Shown here: in pieces, positions 50,184-59,396 of the stretch
Layout of the letters: each line of letters starts with the position of its first letter
Position numbering within the stretch: the stretch's first letter is position 1
NCBI GenBank assembly: GCA_965263035.1
Contig: OZ253580.1
Location: forward strand, 4,672,001-4,736,000
Source: Acidobacteriota bacterium
Lineage (GTDB): Bacteria > Acidobacteriota > UBA6911 > RPQK01 > JAJDTT01
Length of the DNA stretch: 64,000 nt
Reading direction: 5' to 3'
Position numbers and translations under genes: made by a program
The notes under the pieces: generated by a model
Told to the model about the DNA's origin: nothing
Seen by the model: only the letters and a program-made list of their open reading frames with translations
Database searches by the model: none

Positions 50184-52541
50184 ATGAGTCGCCCTCTACT
50201 TTCTCTTTTCCTGTCGTTGGTTCTCGTCCTCCAGGGAGTCGCACCGCTGGAGGCGGCGACACGGGCCAAAGCCGGAGACGACCATGCCTTTCAGGACTCT
50301 GTCCTGCCTTTCCTGAACCGGAACTGCGTCAGTTGCCATAACCGCCAACTGAAGACGGGGGGACTGGAGTTGGACGCCTTTTCCGAGTCTGGTCCCGGTC
50401 CGGGAGAGCTGGCCCTTTGGAAGCAGGTTCAAGAGAAGCTGGTCCGTGGAGAGATGCCGCCTCCCGGCCAAACTCGGCCCGAGCCCAAGGCCATCGAGGC
50501 GGTGCTGGCCTGGATCCGGAATCTGGCCGGGGCCTCAGTCGAAACGGCAGGTGCGAGCCGGCCCGACCCGGGTCGCGTCACGGCCCGCCGCCTGAACCGG
50601 GCGGAATACAACAACACCATCCGTGATCTGTTGGGTATCGATCTGAAACCCGCGGCCGACTTTCCGGCGGACGACTCGGGTTACGGTTTCGACAACATCG
50701 GAGACGTGCTCTCGTTGCCCCCGATCCTGATGGAGAAATACATGGCGGCGGCGGAGCGGATCGCCAATGCGGCCATCGTCGCCCGGCCTCCGGTGGAGGC
50801 GACCCTGGTGAAGTACCTGGCGACCCGAGAGGCGGAACACGAGGGGTTCTTTCCTGCCGGGGACTACCGGGTCGATCACGAATTCCCGACCGCGGGCGAG
50901 TACGAGCTCCGGATCCGGGTCGTGGATCGCCGGTACCGGCCCAAGAAGGATGAACCGCCTCCGCCCATGCCGGCCAACGGCATCATGGCCATTTCCTTCG
51001 ACGGGAACCGGATGAAGACCTTCGAGGTGGAACCGAACGTCTACGAGCGGGGGACCTTCGACGTCACCCTGGACGCCGACGGGCGAAAGCTGGAACTGTA
51101 TGCCCACTTCCTCTCCGACGGCATGGAGAACATCCCGCAGGTCGAGGATCCCAAGAGTTCGTACAAGGGAGAGCGGAAACTGTTCGTGGACAATTTCCTG
51201 CTCCTGGGCCCGTTGAAGGCACGGCCCCTTCCCGTGACCGAAAGCCACCGCAGGCTCATGATCTGCGGCGACCCCGCCGGCGATTACCAGCCCGATTGCG
51301 CCCGCCGGATTCTGAACCGGTTGTTGCGCCGGGCGTATCGGCGCCCGGTTTGGGAAAGGGAAGTCGAATCGGTCCTGCGGCTGGTGGAGATGGCCTGCAA
51401 GGAGGGGGATTCCTTCGCCCAGGCGATGCGGGTGGCAGTTCAAGCAGTCCTGGTCTCCCCCCACTTCCTGTTTCGGATCGAGCGGGACCCCGATCCCACC
51501 GACCCTCACCTGGTCCACGAGATCGACTCCCACGAATTGGCGGCCCGGCTTTCCTATTTCCTTTGGAGCAGCATGCCCGACGACGAGCTGTTTGGTTTGG
51601 CCGAGAGCTCGGACCTGACCGATCCCGCGGTACTGGAGGCGCAGGCTCGGCGCATGCTGGCCGATCCCAAGGCGCGGGCCCTGGCCGAAAATTTCGCGGG
51701 ACAATGGCTCGAGCTCCGAAACCTGGAGGAGATCCGCCCCGATCCGGACCTTTTCCCCGATTTCGACGCCCGGCTCCGCGCTTCCATGAGGCGGGAGACG
51801 GAGCTCTTCTTCGAAACGGTCCTGAGCGAGAACCTGAGCATTCTGGACTTCCTGGACGCCAAGTTCAGCTTTATGAACCAGCGCCTGGCGCGTCATTACG
51901 GGATCGAGGGCATCGAGGGCGACCACTTCCAGCGGGTCGAGCTCGACGGACTCCAGCGTTCCGGCATCCTGACCCAGGCGAGCATTCTCACCCTCTCTTC
52001 CTACCCCACCCGGACCTCGCCGGTGCTCCGCGGGAAGTGGCTGCTGGAGAACATTCTCGGGACACCGCCGCCGGATCCTCCTCCCGGGATTCCCGAGCTG
52101 GAAGAAGGGAAGGTGGGGTTCGAGGCGACGTTGCGGGAACAGTTGGAACAGCACCGCTCCGACCCGGGCTGTGCCTCCTGCCACATCAAGATGGACGCTC
52201 TGGGTTTCGGACTGGAGAACTACGACCCGGTGGGCGCCTGGCGAACCCGCCAAGGAAAATTCCCCATCGACTCCGCCGGGACCCTCCCGGGGGGGCGATC
52301 CTTCACCAACCCGGCCGAGTTGCGGGCCATCCTGGTGCAGGACCGGAAGGACTTCGCTCGCTGCCTGACTGACAAGATGCTAACCTATGCCCTAGGACGG
52401 GGATTGGAAGACTACGACAAGCCCGCCGTCGACAAGATCCTCCTGGGATTGGAGCAGGACTACTACCGTTTGTCCCGCTTGGTGTTGGAGATCGCCAACA
52501 GCATGCCGTTTCGGATGAGGCGGGGGGAGGAAGAGAGATGA
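50184..52541 (+). CDS. DUF1592/DUF1588/DUF1587 planctomycete cytochrome c protein
   Basis: CVSCH, RRLNRAEYNNTIRDL, LAARLSYFLWSSMPD, TSPVLRGKW and CASCH motifs. Confidence 0.9.
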   Translation: MSRPLLSLFLSLVLVLQGVAPLEAATRAKAGDDHAFQDSVLPFLNRNCVSCHNRQLKTGGLELDAFSESGPGPGELALWKQVQEKLVRGEMPPPGQTRPEPKAIEAVLAWIRNLAGASVETAGASRPDPGRVTARRLNRAEYNNTIRDLLGIDLKPAADFPADDSGYGFDNIGDVLSLPPILMEKYMAAAERIANAAIVARPPVEATLVKYLATREAEHEGFFPAGDYRVDHEFPTAGEYELRIRVVDRRYRPKKDEPPPPMPANGIMAISFDGNRMKTFEVEPNVYERGTFDVTLDADGRKLELYAHFLSDGMENIPQVEDPKSSYKGERKLFVDNFLLLGPLKARPLPVTESHRRLMICGDPAGDYQPDCARRILNRLLRRAYRRPVWEREVESVLRLVEMACKEGDSFAQAMRVAVQAVLVSPHFLFRIERDPDPTDPHLVHEIDSHELAARLSYFLWSSMPDDELFGLAESSDLTDPAVLEAQARRMLADPKARALAENFAGQWLELRNLEEIRPDPDLFPDFDARLRASMRRETELFFETVLSENLSILDFLDAKFSFMNQRLARHYGIEGIEGDHFQRVELDGLQRSGILTQASILTLSSYPTRTSPVLRGKWLLENILGTPPPDPPPGIPELEEGKVGFEATLREQLEQHRSDPGCASCHIKMDALGFGLENYDPVGAWRTRQGKFPIDSAGTLPGGRSFTNPAELRAILVQDRKDFARCLTDKMLTYALGRGLEDYDKPAVDKILLGLEQDYYRLSRLVLEIANSMPFRMRRGEEER

Positions 52542-53890
52542 TCACCGGAAAACATCTGCATCGAAGGACCTTTCTGCGCGGATTGGGAACCGCCGTCGCT
52601 CTGCCCATGCTCGATGCCATGGCGCCGGCGTTCGCCAGCCGGGGCCGTGATCTGGTGGCTGCCCCCTGCCGCCTCAGCTTCGCCTACGTGCCCAACGGCA
52701 TCATCATGGAAGGATGGACGCCGGCGGCCGACGGCGCCCGGTTCGAGATTCCAAAGATCCTGGAACCGCTGGCCTCGTCCCGCCAGGACTGGATGCTGCT
52801 CTCGGGTCTGACCCAGAACAACGGCCGGGCCCTGGGCGACGGACCCGGCGACCATGCTCGGGCGGCGGCCTCCTATCTGACGGGAGTCCACCCCAAGAAG
52901 ACCAAGGGAGCGGACATCAAGAACGGCATCTCCGTCGACCAGGTGGCGGCTGAAGCCATCGGCGACCGGACCCGCTTCCCGTCTTTGGAACTGGGGGTCG
53001 ATCATGGCCGTATGGCCGGGAACTGCGACAGCGGCTACAGTTGCGCCTACAGCAACAGCGTCGCCTGGCGCGGTGAGACCAGCCCCCTGCCACCCGAGGT
53101 GAATCCGCGGCTGGTCTTCGAACGACTCTTTGGCGCCGCGGACCGGAACACGGATCCCGCCTACCAGGCCAAGCAGCGGCGCTACCGCAGGAGCATCCTG
53201 GATTTCGTGCGGGAGGACACGCAGCAGCTGAAGAGCCACCTGGGGCCCACGGATCGGAGAAAGCTGGACGAGTACCTGCACGCCGTCCGTGAGATCGAAA
53301 AGAGGATCGACCGGGCCGAGAACGAGGTTCAGGCGGCCCCGCCCAGTCTGGACCGTCCGGCCGGAATCCCCATCGACTTTGCCGAGCACGTGCGCTTGAT
53401 GTACGACCTGCAGGTCCTTGCCTTCCAGACCGACATGACCCGCGTCATCACCTTCATGTACGGCATGGAGGGGAGCAATCGAACCTACCGTGAGATCGGG
53501 GTCTCCGGCGCCCACCACGGTTTGACCCACCACCAGGGGAACGAGGACAAGATCCGGAACATCACCAAGATCAACCGGTATCACATCGAGCAGTTCGCCT
53601 ACTTCCTGGATCGTCTCCGTTCCACGCCGGACGGCGACGGCTCATTGCTGGATCACTCCATCATCGTCTATGGCAGCGGGCTGGCCGACGGCAACAAGCA
53701 CACGCATCACGATCTGCCGGTGCTTGTGGCCGGCCGCGGAAACGGCAGGCTGCATCCGGGCCGCCACCTTCGTTACCCCGACGAGACTCCCATGACCAAC
53801 CTCTACCTCTCCATATTGGAACGGGTCGGGCTGCAACCCGAGTCTCTGGGAGACAGCAATGGAAGGTTGGGGGAGCTGACGGAACTCTGA
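52538..53890 (+). CDS. DUF1552 family protein (Tat-exported)
   Basis: RRTFLRG Tat motif, SVDQ..A, HHGLTHH and GSLLD motifs. Confidence 0.9.
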   Translation: MITGKHLHRRTFLRGLGTAVALPMLDAMAPAFASRGRDLVAAPCRLSFAYVPNGIIMEGWTPAADGARFEIPKILEPLASSRQDWMLLSGLTQNNGRALGDGPGDHARAAASYLTGVHPKKTKGADIKNGISVDQVAAEAIGDRTRFPSLELGVDHGRMAGNCDSGYSCAYSNSVAWRGETSPLPPEVNPRLVFERLFGAADRNTDPAYQAKQRRYRRSILDFVREDTQQLKSHLGPTDRRKLDEYLHAVREIEKRIDRAENEVQAAPPSLDRPAGIPIDFAEHVRLMYDLQVLAFQTDMTRVITFMYGMEGSNRTYREIGVSGAHHGLTHHQGNEDKIRNITKINRYHIEQFAYFLDRLRSTPDGDGSLLDHSIIVYGSGLADGNKHTHHDLPVLVAGRGNGRLHPGRHLRYPDETPMTNLYLSILERVGLQPESLGDSNGRLGELTEL

Positions 53891-53914
53891 CGGCTCTGAC
53901 GTGCCGATCCGGAC

Positions 53915-54760
53915 TCAGTTGGCGGGATCGATCCGGACGCCCCATTTCTGCAGAGCGGTGAGTTGCTGGTCTTTGGCCATGTCGCTCAGAGGATTCCCCT
54001 TGAGGTAAAGGCGCAGGAAGGGGGCGAAGCTCTTCTCACCCTCGGCGTCTTCCCGAATCATCTCCACCAGATGACCGAGGTCGGCGATCTTGTTGTCCTC
54101 CAGGAAGAGCATGCTCAGCTCCTTCAGGCCCTTGAGCGGGGAGACGTCGCTGATGCCGCACTCTCGCAGATCCAGGGTCGAGACCCAGCGCAACCCGCCC
54201 AGGACACTCATGTTCTGGAGAGGATTGCCGCCCAGATAGAGGGACCAGACCTTCTGGAGGTCCTTCAGAGGCGTGATGTCGGTGATCTGGTTGCCGGCCA
54301 GGTAGAGGGCGTTGAGATTGACCAGCTTGGCCAGATGCGTCACGTCGGAGATCCGGTTCTGGGACAATCCCAGGTATTGAAGCTTGGTGAGTTCGGCAAG
54401 CGGGGAGAGGTCGGTGATCTGGTTGCCTGAGAGATCCAGGGATTGCAGGTTCTCCAGCGCCTTGACGGGCCCGATGTCGGCGATCTGGTTGTCGGAGAGG
54501 TCCACCTCGCCCAGCGAGGTGCAGTACTCGAGGCCGGTGAGATCCTTGATCTCCTTGCCCTTGGCTTTCAGGACGTAGACCTTGGTGGCGTCCTCCTTGT
54601 TCAGAGGCTCTTCGGTATTCCGTTTCTCGAACACCTGGGTCCGGACCGCCGCCTCGAGGTTCTTGTCCGGGAACACGCTGTCCTGCGCCGCACCAGGCGA
54701 CAATGCCGAGAGGCCAACCAGCAACGCGGCGCCCAGGCTGACAAAAATGTGACGTCCCAT
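53915..54760 (-). CDS. Internalin-like leucine-rich repeat protein, secreted
   Basis: FPDKNLEAAVR cap; 22-aa LRRs (LQSLDLSGNQITDLSPLAELTK). Confidence 0.92.
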   Translation of the reverse strand: MGRHIFVSLGAALLVGLSALSPGAAQDSVFPDKNLEAAVRTQVFEKRNTEEPLNKEDATKVYVLKAKGKEIKDLTGLEYCTSLGEVDLSDNQIADIGPVKALENLQSLDLSGNQITDLSPLAELTKLQYLGLSQNRISDVTHLAKLVNLNALYLAGNQITDITPLKDLQKVWSLYLGGNPLQNMSVLGGLRWVSTLDLRECGISDVSPLKGLKELSMLFLEDNKIADLGHLVEMIREDAEGEKSFAPFLRLYLKGNPLSDMAKDQQLTALQKWGVRIDPAN

Positions 54761-54916
54761 CGCCAAAGCCCTCCTTTCAGGCCTCTTCCCCTCGTTCGAA
54801 TGGGGACTGCCTGTCTGGGAGGGGATTGTAGCAGACCTTCAGAAGGGCTTCGTCACCAGTTTCGAATCCGGCCCGCCTTACGCCGGAATCAAGGTTGAAT
54901 CCGTTCCTGCAACGGG

Positions 54917-55711
54917 TTGGCCGCGTCTGGTATAACGAGACCCTCTCCGGAGGCACTCTTGGCTGGAAAGCAGATCACACTGGTCGACGACCGGGACTGG
55001 CCGCAGGCGGGGTTCGGCTTCGAGCTCCCGATCCGTCCCGAGTCGTGCGCACTGGGTGTGATCGACGTTCAGCACTACGCCCTGGACAGCGAAGGCCATC
55101 TGGCCCACACCGTGAAGTCCAGCGGCAGCCCGGTCTTCAACGATTTCTCGCTTCAAGCAGAGCGAATGGTGACCAACATCCAGCAACTTCTCGCCGCGTT
55201 TCGGGAGCGTGAACGGCCGGTGGTCTATACCCGCCACGGTGCGTTCCTGCCGGGCGGCTCCGATCTGATCGTCCGGCGGCGGGGACGGGAGGAGGTGGCG
55301 GCCTCCTCCGGCGACGGCTCATCGGGCCACATGGCGGTACGCGGAGATCCGGGGCACGAGATCCTGGATCAGGTGGCGCCCTGCGGGGGAGATCTGGTCC
55401 TGGACAAGAACACCAGCAGCGCCTTCCACAGCTCCCCCATGGATCTCCTCCTGCGCAACATGAAGGTGGAGACCCTGGTCTTGACCGGTCTGGCGACGGA
55501 TCAGTGCGTCTTGGCCACGGCCATCGACGCCGCGGACCGCGGATTCCACGTCATCATGGCCGCCGACGCCTGCGCCGGTTTCGACGCCGGCAGCGCCGAG
55601 GCCGTGCAGATCCTCTTCGGCCGGGTCTGGGGCTACGTGATGCAGACGGAGGACATCATCCACTGGCTGCGAACCGGCGAGAAACCGGCCCGCACGCGCT
55701 TGCCGGCGTGA
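54917..55711 (+). CDS. Isochorismatase-family cysteine hydrolase
   Basis: VIDVQ, DKNTSSAF and TDQCV catalytic D-K-C; start uncertain. Confidence 0.88.
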   Translation: MAASGITRPSPEALLAGKQITLVDDRDWPQAGFGFELPIRPESCALGVIDVQHYALDSEGHLAHTVKSSGSPVFNDFSLQAERMVTNIQQLLAAFRERERPVVYTRHGAFLPGGSDLIVRRRGREEVAASSGDGSSGHMAVRGDPGHEILDQVAPCGGDLVLDKNTSSAFHSSPMDLLLRNMKVETLVLTGLATDQCVLATAIDAADRGFHVIMAADACAGFDAGSAEAVQILFGRVWGYVMQTEDIIHWLRTGEKPARTRLPA

Positions 55712-55736
55712 CTTCCCGCACCGCATTGACGCCGTA

Positions 55737-55899
55737 GGCGGCTTTCTTGCCGCCGAATGGGAGTGGCGACTTTCTTGCCGCCTGCTCTTCTGTCGTTACT
55801 GAAAATTCGGCGGCCGGAAGGTGTAGAGGGGGAAAGTGTACAGTGGGGACTCCGTCCCCCCTGCCCCCCTTCTCGGCGACAAGAAAGTCGCCGCTCCTG
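55737..55899. repeat. REPIN-like element downstream of dehydrogenase copy A
   Basis: Two forward REP hairpins, spacer, one reverse REP; duplicated at 57970-58103. Confidence 0.85.
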
Positions 55900-57030
55900 T
55901 CAGCCCAGATCCTGGGTGCGGCCGGTCTCGGCAGACCGGTAGCCGGCGAAGATCACCCGCATCAGATGCAGGCACTCCTGGGCGGTCATGGGAGGCGGGG
56001 CCTGCCCCCGGGTGAAGTCCACGGCGGCCTGGATCAGGGTTCCGTACAGGTCGGGGTCGTCCTGGTAGTAGAAGAGTTGGACTCCCCGGGGAGCGTCCGG
56101 GTGGGTCGAGTACCACTTCAAGGGTTCACCCGAGGGCAGGTCCACGTGCATCCAGCCCTTGGAACCCCAGAGCCGGATCTGGTTCTGGTAGAAGCGGTCC
56201 AGGTAGTAGCCGGCGTTGAGCGTGCCCACCAAACCTCCCCGCATGCGAAACGTGACGACGGCGGCGTCCTCCACTTCGATGGGTTGACCTCCCACGTTCT
56301 CGCAGAGGGCCGAGATCCGGTCGATTCTGTCTTCGATCAGATACTGCAGGACGTCCAGGTAGTGGATTCCGTGGTAGATGAGCTTCCCGCCCCCCGCCTT
56401 GGCCTTGGAAGCCACCCACAAGCCATGGTATTCGGGGCGGGTCAGCCGGGTCTGGTCCGCGATCCAGTCCATGGTGGCCGAGTAGGGCTTTCCCAGGTAG
56501 CCCTTTCGGATCAGCTCCCGGGCCTTCTGTATCGCCTGACTCACCCGCGTCGACATGGCCAGCATCAGCTCCTTTTTTTGCGACTGGGCCAGCGGCACGA
56601 GCGGCTCGAAGTCTTCCAGGCGGGCGCACCCCGGCTTCTCGGTGATGACGTGACTGCCGGCCTCCAGCGCCATTCGGATGGCGGGAGGCGAGTGATGGCC
56701 TTCCAGCGTCACCACCACCAACTCGGGCCGGGCCTTCTGCAACATTTCCCGGTGGCTCCGATAAAGACCCTCCAACCGATCGCCCAGGATGGACTTGGCC
56801 TGGTCGAACTTCTTCCCGGTCGGGTCCGAGACCGCGACACGGCCCACGCCGCGGGCGCTCGCGAACCCTTGCAGATAACTGCGGAGGTGGCCGCCCGTCG
56901 CCTCGGTCAGCACTCCCGCCGAGATGGACTCTTCCGATCCAGCCCAAACCCGGTTGGCGTTGCCGGGAACGGCGGCCAGCGCCGCCAGTCCGCTGAGAGC
57001 TCTTCGTCTGGAGATTTGTTGGCGTTTCAT
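55900..57030 (-). CDS. Tat-exported Gfo/Idh/MocA oxidoreductase, copy A
   Basis: SRRRAL Tat motif, HVITEKP and GGGKL..GIHYLD motifs. Confidence 0.92.
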   Translation of the reverse strand: MKRQQISRRRALSGLAALAAVPGNANRVWAGSEESISAGVLTEATGGHLRSYLQGFASARGVGRVAVSDPTGKKFDQAKSILGDRLEGLYRSHREMLQKARPELVVVTLEGHHSPPAIRMALEAGSHVITEKPGCARLEDFEPLVPLAQSQKKELMLAMSTRVSQAIQKARELIRKGYLGKPYSATMDWIADQTRLTRPEYHGLWVASKAKAGGGKLIYHGIHYLDVLQYLIEDRIDRISALCENVGGQPIEVEDAAVVTFRMRGGLVGTLNAGYYLDRFYQNQIRLWGSKGWMHVDLPSGEPLKWYSTHPDAPRGVQLFYYQDDPDLYGTLIQAAVDFTRGQAPPPMTAQECLHLMRVIFAGYRSAETGRTQDLG

Positions 57031-57116
57031 GGAGCCAGCATATCAAGGCCGCAGTGGTGCTGGCCGTCACTGCCAGCGTCGTCGCGTGGACAGAGTCCGT
57101 ACGCTTCAACCTGTGC

Positions 57117-57509
57117 TTACCGCAGCAACGCCCGTCCGAAACTGGGCGGACCCCCAACGACCCAGACAACCTCGTGCGTCAGCACCCGGGCAAAACGGCC
57201 TCCCCGCCGTTGCAACCGGTCCCATTCCTCGACGGTATAGACCAGAAGGTCGGCGGGAACCGGCAAGCACTCGTAAGGCCAGTCCCTTGCCCGTTCGAGG
57301 TACGAAGCCTCGCTGTGCTCAACGATTGCGATGAGATCGATGTCGCTTCCGAACGCTGCCTCGTTTCGCGCGTAGGAACCGAAGTAGCCAAGAGCAGCAA
57401 GGCCGGGGCGGGCTTCGGCCTGGGCATCGGCCCACTCCTTTAGTGAACTCAGCACGGTCTCAGCCACTGGCCAGCGTTTTATGTACGAAGTCGAGGACGT
57501 TACGGGCAT
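57117..57509 (-). CDS. Minimal nucleotidyltransferase (MNT) antitoxin
   Basis: YFGSYAR....GSDIDL motif; ATG at 57509 overlaps the HEPN 3' end. Confidence 0.88.
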   Translation of the reverse strand: MPVTSSTSYIKRWPVAETVLSSLKEWADAQAEARPGLAALGYFGSYARNEAAFGSDIDLIAIVEHSEASYLERARDWPYECLPVPADLLVYTVEEWDRLQRRGGRFARVLTHEVVWVVGGPPSFGRALLR

Positions 57510-57849
57510 TTGATACTGCCTGAGAGCTTTGAAGTGATCCGTAATGTTCAAAGGCCGGACCTTCCACGTGTCCGTTCGGATACCGCGCCGGAACGTAGTA
57601 GTTGTCCAGAGTCCGCGCTCGATCGATCAGATCGGCCGGCGGAGGAGGGGAAAGTTGGCTCAAGAGCCTCGAAATGACGTGACCCCAAGCTTCCTGGCTC
57701 TGCGCCAAGTGGAGCGCCTTAACCGCCTTCTCACCGGCTTGGTGCGCCGCAAAACACGCCCAGTCGTGTCGGCCGTCGCGTTGCGAGGCAAGGGCCTGTT
57801 CAAAATCGTGTTCCGCCTGCAAGAGCCAATCTCTCCATCGTTGAGTCAT
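57460..57849 (-). CDS. HEPN domain protein
   Basis: W..QA..D, WACFAAHQAGEKAVKA, WGH and LD.YY.PARYP motifs (last 129 aa of ORF 57460-58623). Confidence 0.9.
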   Translation of the reverse strand: MTQRWRDWLLQAEHDFEQALASQRDGRHDWACFAAHQAGEKAVKALHLAQSQEAWGHVISRLLSQLSPPPPADLIDRARTLDNYYVPARYPNGHVEGPAFEHYGSLQSSQAVSNARNVLDFVHKTLASG

Positions 57850-57939
57850 GCTCGGCTCCAGTGGGGACGCTCCGGCGGAAACCGCGGAATCGTCGATCGG
57901 CCAACCCAATCTCTGCATTGTAACGTGGGCCGCCCTGAA

Positions 57940-58103
57940 GGGGCGACTTTCTTGTCGCCCACTGGGACAGGCGGCTTTCTTGCCGCCTGCTCTTCTGTCG
58001 TTACTGAAAATTCGGTGGCCGGAAGGTGTCGAGGGGGAAAGTGTACAGTGGGGACTCCGTCCCCCCTGTCCCCCTAATCGGCGACAAGAAAGTCGCCGCT
58101 CCT
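57940..58103. repeat. REPIN-like element downstream of dehydrogenase copy B
   Basis: Near-identical to 55737-55899. Confidence 0.85.
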
Positions 58104-59234
58104 GCCCAGATCCTGGGTGCGGCCGGTCTCGGCGGACCGGTAGCCGGCGAAGATCACCCGCATCAGGTGCAAGCACTCCTCGGCGGTCATGGGCGGCGGG
58201 GCCTGGCCCCGCGTGAAGTCCACGGCGGCCTGGATCAGGGTTCCGTACCGCCGATTGGGGTTGTCTTGATAGTAGAACAGTTGGACTCCCCGGGGAGCGT
58301 CCGGGTGGGTCGAATACCACTTCAACGGCTCGCCTGAGGTCAGTTCCAGGTGCATCCAGCCCTTGGAACCCCAGAGCCGGATCTGGTTCTGTTTGGAGCG
58401 GTCCAGGTAGTAGCCGGCGTTGAGCGTCCCCACCAATCCTCCGCGCATGCGAAACGCAACGACGGCGGCGTCCTCCACTTCGATGGGCTGTCCGCCGACG
58501 TTCTCGCAGAGGGCCGAGATCCGGTCGATCCTGTCTTCGATCAGGTACTGTAAAACGTCCAAATAGTGGATGCCGTGGTAGATGAGCTTGCCGCCTCCCG
58601 CCTTGGCCTTGGAAGCCACCCACAAGCCGTGGAATTCGGGGCGAGTCAGCCGGGTCTGGTCCGCGATCCAGTCCATGGTGGCCGAGTACGGCTTTCCCAG
58701 GTAGCCCTTACGGATGAGGTCCCGAGCTTTCTGTATCGCCTGACTCGCCCGTGTCTGCATGCCCAGCATCAGTTCCCTTTTTTGCGACTGGGCCAACGGC
58801 ACCAGCGGCTCAAAGTCTTCCAACCGGGCGCAGCCCGGCTTCTCGGTGATGACGTGGCTGCCGGCCTCCAGCGCCATTCGGATGGCGTGAGGGGAGTGAT
58901 GGCCTTCCAAAGTCACCACCACCAGCTTGGGCCGAGCCTTCTGAAGCATCTCCTGAGGGCTCCGGTAGAGCCCTGCCAGACGATCGCCCAGGATGGCCTT
59001 GGCCTGGTCGAACTTCTTCCCGGTGGGGTCGGAGACCGCGACAGTTTTCACGCCACGGGCACTCGCGAACCCTTGCAAGTAGCTGCGGAGATGGCCGCCG
59101 GTCGCCTCGGTCAGCACGCCCGCCGAGATGGGCTCTTCGGATCCGGCCCAGACCCGGTTGGCGTTGGCGGGAACAGCGGCCAGCGTCGCCAGTCCGCTGA
59201 GAGCTTGTCGTCGGGAAATCTGTTGGCGTTTCAT
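58074..59234 (-). CDS. Tat-exported Gfo/Idh/MocA oxidoreductase, copy B
   Basis: Highly similar paralog of 55900-57030; stop lost, reads 9 codons into the REP. Confidence 0.92.
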   Translation of the reverse strand: MKRQQISRRQALSGLATLAAVPANANRVWAGSEEPISAGVLTEATGGHLRSYLQGFASARGVKTVAVSDPTGKKFDQAKAILGDRLAGLYRSPQEMLQKARPKLVVVTLEGHHSPHAIRMALEAGSHVITEKPGCARLEDFEPLVPLAQSQKRELMLGMQTRASQAIQKARDLIRKGYLGKPYSATMDWIADQTRLTRPEFHGLWVASKAKAGGGKLIYHGIHYLDVLQYLIEDRIDRISALCENVGGQPIEVEDAAVVAFRMRGGLVGTLNAGYYLDRSKQNQIRLWGSKGWMHLELTSGEPLKWYSTHPDAPRGVQLFYYQDNPNRRYGTLIQAAVDFTRGQAPPPMTAEECLHLMRVIFAGYRSAETGRTQDLGRSGDFLVAD

Positions 59235-59396
59235 GGCGCCAACCTATATCAGGCGGCTCAACCGGGCAAATGTGCCGATCTCAGGGATTTGCAGCGTTCG
59301 CGGGACAATACTTGACCGCAGGAAAAGATCATCGGATGGTCTTGTTAGACCCGGTCCGGGTCAGGAGACGATCTGAGTCCAAAAGGAGGGGAACGG

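Noticed and set aside
57850-58623. 387-aa ORF suggesting a long HEPN fusion
   Set aside because: The N-terminal 258 codons are an alternate frame of dehydrogenase copy B and the REPIN; the true HEPN starts at 57849.
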